Assembly (NCBI GenBank): GCA_030390025.1
Contig: CM059431.1
Span: forward strand, 151,156,001 to 151,220,000
DNA: 64,000 nucleotides
Direction: 5' to 3'
Source: Squalus acanthias
Lineage: Eukaryota
Shown here: positions 48,776 through 58,523 of the stretch, piece by piece
Layout: each line of letters starts with the position of its first letter
Position numbering within the stretch: position 1 is the stretch's first letter
Notes under the pieces: generated by a model
What the model was told of the DNA's origin: nothing
Database searches by the model: none
The model's input: only the letters and a program-made list of their open reading frames with translations
Translations under genes and position numbers: made by a program

Positions 48776-51700
48776 TTAGAACGCGCCCAGCCTGAGTACA
48801 AGTGTCCGCTCACTTATAATGAGTGGGACAGGCCCTGTGTTAAGATATTGGTGCAGACGGTGCAGGGGAGATATTTGATGGACACCGGATTTTCCAGCAC
48901 GGTGGTCCATTCGTTGGACCCGACCAATTCACAGTGGTCGAGCAAGGTCCCCTTTAGCCTAATGGGATTCACAGGGAACGAGCAGGCGGAAGCAATGTCC
49001 AAACCCCTGAGAATAGAGCGAGGGTCCCTCCACACCACGTGGAAGTGCGTGCTAATGAAATGGGAGCAACCAGGGTGAGGAATCCTCGGGGCTGATTTCA
49101 TGTTAGCCAACCTGGTCATTGTGGACCTGAGGAATCACTGCCTGAGGGGGCAGTGGTCTCGGACAAGACAGAGGAGGTGAAAGTGATCCCCAGAGATAAG
49201 GGAGGAGGGGGTGTGTATGCACCAGGAAACCCAAAGGGAGATACGACCTGGAACAGTTGGTTATTAGTATCACACCCAGTACCAGGTGAATGTACGGGAC
49301 AAGCTCGCCGCATTCGCCACCCATAAACACGATTGCGGCAGGGTGACCGGGGTAGAGGTCCGGGTGCAAGGGGACCCCATGTCATGGCCACAAAAGCAGT
49401 ATAGTTTCCCCCGGGAGGCAGAAGCCAACTTGGAGACGGCATTGGGATCCCTGGTAAAACAGGGGTTGTTGAGACGAATAGCCACCCACGTGAACTCACC
49501 ACTCTGGCCGCTGAAGAAACCCAACCAGTCCTGGAGAGCCACCGTGGACTATCGGGTCCTTAATAAGATCATCCCAGCTTCCGCGCACACAGTCGCAGTT
49601 GTCGCCGATCTGATAGGGAGCTTTCCAGCAACCGCAACCACATTCAAGGTGCTGGATATCTCCAAAGGGTTTTGGTCGATTCCCCTCAGACGGGAAGACC
49701 TATACAAGTTTGCATTCTCTTTTAAAGGGCAGCAGTATACTTGGACACGCCTTCACCAAGGGGTCGACAACAGTCTCTCAATATTCCACCAATGCATGGC
49801 AGATGCATTAAAAGTACTCAGCCGACCGCACCAGTTAATCCAGTACGTGGACGAACTGCTTTTGTTCTCCGCAGAGGGGGAGAACCACGGGCCACTACTG
49901 GACGAGCTGCTAAAGCTGTTGTAGGAGGCGGGGTTCAAGGTCAACCCCAAAGAAGCCCAGATCGACCAGGAGGATGTGAAATTCCTAGAGCTGAACGTAA
50001 GGGCTGGCGAAAGGGCCATAGACGAGGCTAGGAGGAAGGCAGTACAGGAGCTACTGGCCCCCAAGAAAGTGACTGGGGTAAGGTCTTTTCCGGGAATCAC
50101 AGGGTACTGCCGGGACTTCATAGAGTGTTACACAACCACGGCAGCCCCTCTGCTTCGGGTCCTCCGACAAGGAGTCGAGTGGGAGTGGGATCAGAACTGC
50201 CAGGAAGCGTTCACTCGCCTCAAAGGAGATTTACAGATGGCACCCGCATTGGGAGTCATTAACGGTGTGGAATAAATCTTCTTCGAAGTAGCAGCCAGCG
50301 GGGATAGCTTTAGCGTGGTGTTGCTCCAGGAGCGACATGGCAAGCTATGGCTCGTGGTATAAAAATCTAGGGTTCTCACCGAGTTAGAACGGGGATATTG
50401 CAACTGCGAGAGGCACCTCCTCGTCATGCATTGGGCCGTAAAACGCTCTCAGCTTTTTACGGGTTCATCCCCAATAGTACTCTTGACCCTACACATCCCA
50501 ACTCAGATGCTGTTGGATGGGAGAATCAAATATGGGAGAGTGAGCTGTTCCCGTATTGCTCGCTGGACATTGCTCTTCTCACTGTTGAACTTTAGAGTGC
50601 AGGGGTTGATCGAGCCAAAGCTAGCAGCCAACATGATTTTCCCAGGGACGGCACACACTTGTACGGTAGAAGGGGTTTGGGATGTAGATGAAGGATTCCG
50701 GGCCGGGATATACCCGACGGGTCGGGACATCTACATAGACGGGTCCAGTTCGGTCGTGAAAGGGGAGCGTCTCACCGGGTGCGGAATCTATGAAAGTACG
50801 GCTAAAATAGCGAAGGCCATTAAACTCCCCATCACCCTGAGCGCTCAGCACGCCGAACTGGCGGTGGTGGCGTACGTGGTCACCAACCCCGACGAGTTCC
50901 TCACCCCCTACACCATTTGCTCGGAGTCTATGTTCCCATGCAACTCATGCACGGAATACTTGGCAATCTGGGCCAGGCGCGGATTCAAGTCCACAGGTGG
51001 GAAGTCCCTAGCAACAGCATCGCTGCTAGGTAAAATTTTGGAGTCCACAGGCAGCCGGGGAGATCACTATATTCACAAAGTTAAAGCACATTCAAAGACA
51101 GAGCCCAAGTGGGAGGGCAACCAAAAGGCAGACGAGCTAGCCAATCAGTGCGCCAGGGAAGGAGCATTCTGGGATCCGTACAAAGCAGGTCCGGTAGCAG
51201 CAATCCGGGACAAGGGAGGCACAAAGGGGGTAGCTTTGGCCCCGGACTTAAAGCATGTCCAAGCCCAGGATCCCGTCCTTAAGGCAATCCTGGTAAAGAG
51301 AGACATTAGGTGTGTCCATAGAAGATCCGTTCGGGGCAGCGGACATTAGTATCAAAGAGGGGATGCGTTTCAAAGGGGATTGGTGGGTAGTCCCAGCGCA
51401 GCACCGAGAGGAGTTTATCCAGTTGGCCCATGCGGGTCCGGGAGCGGGACACCCAGGGTCGGAAACTACCTGGCAAACCTTAGAGGAGGCAGCGTAGTGG
51501 CCCCAGCTCCGGGAGGATGTCCGAGTTTTTTGTGCGCACTGTTTGGTGTGCGCCAACAATAAACCCGATCCACAGCACAGCAAAGCCCCCATAGGACACA
51601 CCAGGAGGGTGGATGGGCCGTGGTGGTCCCTGCAGGTCGAATTAATCGGACCACTACCCACCACTAAAGCAGGCAACAAGTACTGTTTAGTCCTGGTGGA

Positions 51701-52652
51701 CGTATTTTCCAAGTGCGTGGAAGCCTTCCCCTGCCGAGCAGCCTCGGCACTAGCAACAACTAGAATTCTGTTGAGGGAAGTGTTCTCCTGGTGGGGGCTG
51801 CCACAGGTCGTGGAGTCCGACCAAGGGAGCCATTTCACGGGGCAGGTGAGGCAGGCCACCTTAACACTCTTGGGAATACAAGGGAAGCGGCATGCGGCTC
51901 ACAACACACAGTCATCGGGGATTGTGGAGCGCATGAACTGGACACTGAAAGAAAGACTGAGGCAGGAGATAAGCCCGTTCCTGCAGAGATGGAACGAGGT
52001 CTTGCCTATAATCTTAATGGGTGTCCGGGCCAGCACCTCCAGAAGCACAGGGTAGTCCCCACACGAGCTTATGACCGGGAGGATTATGTGCACCCCAACC
52101 CATGTGTTGGCGTCGGTTCTCACCGAAGCGCAGGTCAGGGAGGTAAACCGGGACAGGTTTGTCCAGATTCTGTACGAGACATGGAAACGGATTCACTGGC
52201 AGGCAGCCAGTAACCTGAGAAGCCAGTACCAGAAAAATCAGCTGCTGTTAGAACCCCAGAGAACCCAAGATTGGGAGGAGGGAGACCAGGAAATGGTTCG
52301 TAATTACGCACGAGTAAGTGCGTTTGAGATGCGGTAGATGGGCCCTTATAATATCGTGGATAAAGCGAGCCACATGGTATATGCAGTAAAACTCCCGAAA
52401 CTCACGAAATAGATTCCTGTCAATCAGTGCAAGTTGTTTAATCCCGAGAAGTGGAAAACAAAGGCCAAGAGGCACCAGGGCACAGTCAAGAGCCTGGTGG
52501 ACGCGGGTCTTCCTCCCATGCTGTGTTTCGATGATGACCTGGAGGACAGGGCGGTAAGTAGCAGCAGTCGTGTCCCATGGCCTAGGGTGCCATGGACGCC
52601 TCCCTACTCACTGACTGTGAGCCACAAGAGACCCCGACGGGAGAGGTCTTAA
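48776..52652 (+). pseudogene. pol: pol: protease, RT, degenerate RNase H (tether), second RNase H, integrase with GPY/F
   Basis: PR: LMDTGFS. RT: NSPLWPLKKPNQSWRATVDYRVLN, LDISKGFWS, QYTWTRLHQG, YVDE. Tether at ~50276-50580. RH: IDGS...SAQHAEL...KVKAH...GNQKADELA. IN: H..GH...CxxC, VDVFSK, SDQGSHF, SSGIVER, GPY. Confidence 0.93.
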
Positions 52653-52801
52653 ATGTGGCGCTCGTTAATGCGTCAGGGAACACTGTAAATATTTTGTAAA
52701 TAACCAAAACCAGATCATTGGAGGAAAATTCTCTCACAGAACGGAACTGTTTTACTTTTGTTTTGGTAGGGAACCAAAGGAAATCGGAGGAACAAGGGGA
52801 T

Positions 52802-53242
52802 ATGGCCAATACATTTATCGTACTTCTATTACTAATGATGATCGGGAATGGCAGCATGGAAAGAGGAGACACCGAGGTATCCTTCCTCTACGGCTGCACA
52901 GAGGGAACGGGCCAACCGTGACACAGTGGGGTAGAACAGGGGACACGGCCGGGATGGACACTTACTTCCACGAGAGAAGGTGGGCAGGGTGGCTGTGATC
53001 GAACTTGACTCGATACTCCGTCAGCGAGGGTTTCACGTATGGAGAAGCTTCCATATCGTTTCCCAAACTGCAGGTCACAGGCACACGGGTTCGGGTGACC
53101 GAGGGGAAATGTGTCTGTCTAAGATGTGAGAGTTACATTCCCTTGGGACGGTACTAGTGGTTAAGGAAGTTGGGCCAGGCCAAGGGTAACCAATCCGCGG
53201 ACTGGGAGAAACTGGGGGACGTATATGTACCGATAGATTACA
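52802..53242 (+). pseudogene. Candidate env-like (secreted glycoprotein) 5' remnant
   Basis: MANTFIVLLLLMMIGNGS is signal-peptide-like. Pyrimidine tract + AG at 52746-52769. A shifted frame from 52954 has NLT and NQS sequons and CxCxxC. Env position after IN. No recognisable homology. Confidence 0.45.
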
Positions 53243-53396
53243 GTGTGTTTGAGATAGAATGTGATGAGAAGAGATGTCGAGCTGAAGCAATGAGCTGACG
53301 GAGCGTGTGTTCAGAGGGCGGCTCCAGGCAGGAAATGAAGGGAATGTAATTCCAAACCACAGCCACTCAGTGTCGCTGCTTCAGTGGCCTTTCAGC

Positions 53397-53468
53397 GCCC
53401 GGATAGCTCAATCGGTAGAGCGTCAGACTTTTAATCTGAGTTCCTGGGATCAATTCGCTGTTCGTTCA
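53397..53468 (+). pseudogene. tRNA-Lys(UUU) pseudogene, copy 1
   Basis: GCCCGGATAGCTCAATCGGTAGAGCGTCAGACTTTTAATCTGAG. The 5' half is near canonical; the T-loop (GGATCAA) and the 3' acceptor strand are degenerate. Confidence 0.9.
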
Positions 53469-53634
53469 CATCTTTAATACATGGAAACAGCAATTTAAAG
53501 CACCGACGTTAGATTATAATTTATAACAATAACCATTTTAAAATTAAAATATTTTTTGAGACAGCAGGAAAGATCAGCGTCAATTGCTCGTGTTTTATGG
53601 TTCTCTAGGAAAGTAAGATTTGAAAGAATGAAAG

Positions 53635-53838
53635 ATGAGATCATGGCTGATCTGTATCAGAACTGCATCCCCCGGCTTGCCGCCATATCCTTTATACCCT
53701 TGTCTAGCAGTAACTCAAATCGATCTCCGATTTAAAATGATTAATTGAACTGTTTTCTGTTGGAGAGAACTCCTCACTTCTACCACCCTTTGCATGAAGA
53801 AGTTTTTCCTAACTTCCCTCCTGAATGGCCTGGCTTTG
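53635..53838 (-). mobile_element. Old CR1 3' fragment
   Basis: GAGATCATGGCTGATCTG...CCATATCCTTTATACCC...ACCACCCTTTGCATGAAGAAG is the reverse complement of the CR1 ORF2 end and 3' UTR. Confidence 0.8.
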
Positions 53839-53956
53839 TCTAACTCGTGCCGACACTGTTCTGGTAATGGAAAATTAAAAAACTTCCCTTACTCCGATGT
53901 GCAGCAGTGCTCAGACAGAGTGAGACAATGGAAATCTGAGAATAATTTAAAAGTGT

Positions 53957-54190
53957 AAGATTAAGTTGATTTCTACTGCGCCTATCACGCTCACAGGACG
54001 TCTAATTAAATATTTTCCCAAATGTATTCATTGTTGTAATGTAGGAAACGTGGTAGTCAATTTGCACACAGCAAGATCTCACAAATACCAATGAGAAAAT
54101 TACCAGATCATCTGCCCGGCTTTGTGTTGTTTGTTAAGGGCGTAAATATTGGCCCAGGACACCGGGGAGAACTCCCCAGCTCTTCTCTAA
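53957..54190 (-). mobile_element. DeuSINE (SacSINE1-like), 3' part; continues at 54663-54706
   Basis: Reverse complement of the Deu-domain segments also seen in the + copy: TTGTAATGTAGGAAACG...AAATATTGGCCCAGGACACCGGGGAGAACTCCCC. Confidence 0.85.
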
Positions 54191-54207
54191 AGATGAGTAA
54201 CTTTACA

Positions 54208-54658
54208 GTGTCAGCCTTGTCTCAGTTGGTAGCGCACTCACTTTTGAATTAGCGAACTAGTCCTGGGTCCAAGTCTCACTTCATGGAAATTAAGCACCTA
54301 ATCTAGGCTGACAATCCAGTGAAGTACCAAGAGAGCGCTGCACTGTCCACAATTCCGTCTTTTGGATGAGATGTTAAACCGACGCCCCTTCTGCCCTCTC
54401 AGGTGGACATAAACAATATCACGGTCCCTCTTGGGAGATGAGCAGGGGTGTTCTCCCCTTTGTCCTGGCTCAATATTTACCCTACTAAAGAGATTGTTTG
54501 ATAATTATCGCATTGTTGTTTGGGGGATCTTGCTGTTCGAAATTTGGTTGCTGCGTTTCCTACATTACAGCAGTTCAACAGTACTTCATTGGTTGTAAGG
54601 CGCTTTGGGATATCCTGATGTCGTAAAAGGCGCTATATCAATGCAAATTATTTCTTTC
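54208..54658 (+). mobile_element. Full-length tRNA-derived DeuSINE (SacSINE1-like)
   Basis: Head GTGTCAGCC...CTCAGTTGGTAGC (A box) and GGGTCCAAGTC (B box-like). Core GGATGAGATGTTAAACCGA...CTCTCAGGTGGAC. Tail GCGCTTTGGGA...AAGGCGCTATATCAATGCAA. Confidence 0.88.
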
Positions 54659-54662
54659 TCCT

Positions 54663-54706
54663 AATAGTGCCATGGGATCTTCCACATCCACCTGAGAGGG
54701 CTGACC
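54663..54706 (-). mobile_element. Continuation of the antisense DeuSINE
   Basis: AATAGTGCCATGGGATCTTCCACATCCACCTGAGAGGGC is the next consensus segment after the break at ~54190. Confidence 0.8.
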
Positions 54707-55142
54707 TTAACGGAGTGAAAAATCGGCAGCGATGTGTAACGGGGCAGCCGTTTCGCTATCGCCCATTTCACACGATCGCAAGAAGTCAATATTACCGGAT
54801 TATCACTGCATTTAGTCTGAAACCAGTACCCGGGCTGGGAAATGCACCGCTGTGAATGATGGGCTCACTGACTAGACTCGCGCGGCAGTAGTGCCTTGGT
54901 GACACGCTGGAGAGTTCCTGGCACCCGCACTCTGTTAAATAGGATAACACACAGTGAGGGGGAAAGAGAGAACAAATCAGGCCTTTTTCAATATATTCGC
55001 AGGATGCTTCATTTATTGTAATGCAAAGTCAATCATCTTACATTATATCAGGACACTGAACGTTAGCAAACTATTGGCCAGTTGCCTTTAATAAATATCT
55101 ACTAAATGAGTCGCTTCCGATTATATTTTTTATACAGAGAAT

Positions 55143-55190
55143 TAGGGCCGAATGGCCTGTGTCTGTGTTGTAGACTCTCTGTAACTCGAT
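55143..55190 (+). mobile_element. Very short CR1/CR1-SINE 3' tail
   Basis: GGGCCGAATGGCCTGTGTCTGTGTTGTAGACTCT matches the CR1 terminal stem-loop and tail. Confidence 0.6.
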
Positions 55191-55765
55191 GATATGAAGT
55201 AAAGTTGGGAGCATGTTCCACTATATACAATCCACAATGCCCACCCAAACTAAATGAGTGGTTGTGAAACACTATTCAAAGTGATATGTCCAGATATCAG
55301 TAAGGTTTATTTCAAATATTGCCTGATCCGAAACTCCGAAAGCTGCAAGTGAGGAGTTGGAAAACAACATTTGATAGCGGAAAGGGAACTTTATAAAACA
55401 TGAGAGAAAGCAGTCAGAATGAAGAGTAAAACCGACTAACATCGACACATACAGAGAAAAACTTGTTTAAATCAATCAATCGATTTCCAATAGCTGCACT
55501 CAGATTGTAGCCAACAATGGAAGCAATCATTGACATTTCCCCTGAGCTGTGATCTGATTGGGCGGCGTTTCATATGCCGTCACGTGTTGAAAATTATTCA
55601 TATTTATATTCACATTTATATCGCTAGGGAACCTTCCCGGGGGAAATTCCTATTACACAATGATTTACATTAGTCATCCTCACATGAAGAAACAGATTCA
55701 GACACCATCTGGTGTTGTTTTGATATTATTAAATCGGTTAAACACTTTATATGCACTGTCTGAAT

Positions 55766-56018
55766 GTAGATCAAGGTGAGACTGAGTACAGTGAATGATA
55801 CAAAGAGAAACCAGCATAGGGAGATAGATAAAGGTGTGACTGAGTACAGTGAGTGAAGCACAGAGACACCAGCAGAGAGAGATACATAAAGGTGTGACTG
55901 ATTACTGTGATACAGAGAGACACCAGCAGAGGGAGATAGCTAAATCTGTGACAGATTACAGTGAGTGATACAGAGAGACCAGCAGCGGGAGGCAGATAAA
56001 GGTGAGACTGAGTACAGT
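55766..56018. repeat. Minisatellite, ~54-58 bp unit, ~4.3 copies
   Basis: AAGGTG(A/T)GACTGA recurs at 55773, 55831, 55889, ~55943 (diverged) and 55999. Confidence 0.9.
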
Positions 56019-56029
56019 TCTCTGTTTGT

Positions 56030-56190
56030 AAAGTCCAGTTGAGGCTGAACCAGTGTTTTATAAATGTTGAACATAATTTCCTGGCTTTGTACTCGATTCC
56101 TCTATTAATAAATCTAAGGATCCCATATGCTGTTTCAACAGCCTTCGCATCTTGTCCTGCCACTGGTAAAGATTTGTGTACATAAACTCC
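56030..56190 (-). mobile_element. CR1 ORF2 fragment (part of the tRNA repeat unit)
   Basis: Minus translation AGQDAKAVETAYGILRFINRGIEYK. Confidence 0.8.
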
Positions 56191-56195
56191 ATTTC

Positions 56196-56818
56196 GGCAC
56201 TTATCTCAAGAGGGCTGAAATATAAAGGGGTGGATGTTATGTTGCTGTGTTACAAAGATCTGGTTAGACCCCATTTAGATTACTGGATTGAGTTCTGGGA
56301 AACGCACCTCAGGAAGGACAAATTGGCCTAGGACAGGCTGCAGCGCACAGTTACCAGAATTATACCGGTGCTAAAAGGTTTACATTAGGAAGACAGTCTG
56401 TATAGACTAGGATGGTATTCATTTGAGTATAGAAAATGAAGGCGTGATCTAATTAACCTACTAAAGATGATGAAATTAGTTGATATTTTTGATAGAGAGA
56501 AACGATTTGCTCTGGTGGGGGAATGCAGACCAAGGGTCTTAACGTTGAAATGAGAGCTATGCCGTTCTGGTTTGATGTCAATACGCGCTCCTTTATAGAC
56601 TGGGAATTGGAAATCTCGAACACTCTGCCGCAAGAACCTGATGAGCCTGCGGCTCAATTGAACATTTCAAAACTGAAATTGGCAGATTTTTCTCACGCAA
56701 GGGTACTAAGGGTTCGGGAACTAAAGCGGGTACATGGAGTTAAGATGCAGATCAATCATGATTTGACTGAATGGTGGAACAGGCTTGAGGGTCTGAATGG
56801 CCTACTCCTGTTGCTATA
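56196..56818 (+). mobile_element. Old 5'-truncated CR1
   Basis: Degenerate ISRGLKYKG...LVRPHLDY frame. The 3' UTR is GAATGGTGGAACAGGCTTGAGGGTCTGAATGGCCTACTCCTG. Confidence 0.85.
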
Positions 56819-57123
56819 ATACTAGAAAAAGATTAGGTGCTGAGATTAAGCTGCAGGGAGTCGGATCTTGGAGAAGGGATGAGATTGAGGAGTAGCAGGT
56901 CAGATTGAAGGCAAAATTTCAGATTCAGGAGATATGGTCATTTAAGTTCGGAACAGACTCGCGGCTGTTAATGTGTTTGAGATAGAATGTGCTGAGAAGA
57001 GGTGTCGAGCTGAATCAATGGGGTGACGGTGCGTGTACTCAGAGGTTGACTATAGGCAGGAAGTGAAGGAAATGTAATTCTCTGAAACAGCCAATCAGTG
57101 TCGCTGTTTCGTTAATGTTCAGA

Positions 57124-57196
57124 GCCCTGATTGGTCAGACGGCAGAGCATCAAACTTTTAATCTGAGGGTCCAGGATTTAAGTCCCTGTTCGGGCG
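57124..57196 (+). pseudogene. tRNA-Lys(UUU) pseudogene, copy 2 (73 nt)
   Basis: GCCCTGA...CTTTTAATCTGAGGGTCCAGGATTTAAGTCCCTGTTCGGGCG. One mismatch in each of the four stems, T-loop TTC>TTT, and no T4 terminator directly downstream. Confidence 0.9.
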
Positions 57197-57861
57197 TTGC
57201 TTTAATCAAGGGAAACACTATTTGATTTGCACTTTAAAGCACCGATTTTCATTATAACCTATCACTAAAGTCGGTTTATATTGCAAAAAAGAATTGCTCG
57301 TGTTTTATGGCGCCATAAGGAAATAAGATTTGACAATCTTAAACAAAAGGAAAAGCCACAGCACGCACTTGAAACCAACACCATCATATTTAAAATGTGA
57401 TGCTGCACGAACTGAGATACCCAGGCTCACGCTTTCAATTTCACACAGCGACCTCGACTGGCTGACATGGAACATTACATCTTTCACCTTCCGCATTTCC
57501 CACTGCATTAATCCCGCGTGAACAACGCATTTCTCTCACACACCCTCATTCAATGGCTGCCACAAGCCTGAATCACAAATACAGTCCCACTCACCCACGT
57601 CTCACTCTTTATAAGCGCTACAATACAGTTCACAGCGCACAGTAACGGCTTCAGTTTGCATTAAGAAACAATTCAATCTGGTTCTGTAAAGTGTGCTGCC
57701 CGGAAGGGAGAGAAATGTTAAGAAAAAGCACAATATTTAACAGGTTCAAATGCTAAAAGCTGTACGAGGCCAAAAAACGATGTTAAATTTATTGATGATT
57801 ATTCATAATCAAAAAGCAAAGCATATGGAAATTGGGAAATGAAGATGTGGGACAGAGGCCA

Positions 57862-58523
57862 ATGGAATCATAGAATGATACAGTGCAAAAAGAGGCCACT
57901 CGGCCCATCGTGCTTCTGGCGATTCTTTGGTAGAGCAATGCAATTAATCCCACTCTCCTGCTCTTTTCCATTGCCCGGTAATTTATTTCCCTTCAAGTAT
58001 TTATCCAATACTCTTTTGAATTTTACTATTTAATCTGCTCTCACCACCCATTCAGGCCGTGCATTCCAGATCACAATAATTCGCAGTGTAAAAATATGTT
58101 TCCTCATGTCACTTCTGGTTCATTTGCAAATCACCATTAATCTGCGTCCTCTGGTTACCGACTCTCTGCCACTGGAGGCCGTCACCCTTTGTTTACTCTA
58201 TCAAAACCATTGGTGATTTTGAACACCTCTAGCGAATCTCCTCTTGACATTCTCTGCACTAAGGAGAACAATCCCAGCCTTTCCAGTCTAGTCTCATAAG
58301 TGAACACCCTCATCCAGAGTAGCATTCTAGTAAATCTCATCTGCACCCTCTACAAAGCCTTGATATCCTTCCTAAAGTGTGATGTCCAGAACAATAATTC
58401 AGCTGAGGCCGATCCAAAGATTTATAAAGGTTTAGCATATCTTCCTTGCTTTGTACTTTATTCCTCTATTAATAAAGCCAAGGATCCCATAGGATTTTAA
58501 CTACTTTCTCAACTTGTCCTGCC
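57862..58523 (-). mobile_element. Old CR1 3' part; resumes at 63605
   Basis: Reverse-complement tail GAATCATAGAATG...GAGGCCACTCGGCCCATCG, then ORF2 C-terminal sequence up to AACTTGTCCTGCC. Confidence 0.88.

Larger units (their letters stand above)
46041..53242 (+). mobile_element. Decayed endogenous retrovirus-like provirus (LTR-gag-pol-env-like), 3'-truncated, no 3' LTR
   Basis: 5' LTR, PBS, gag, PR-RT-tether-RNase H-IN, then a signal-peptide ORF. It ends abruptly against the tRNA-Lys repeat flank. Confidence 0.9.

Noticed and set aside
53230-53242. GATTACA as the end of a 3' LTR
   Set aside because: The preceding sequence has no similarity to 46041-47059 and there is no polypurine tract.
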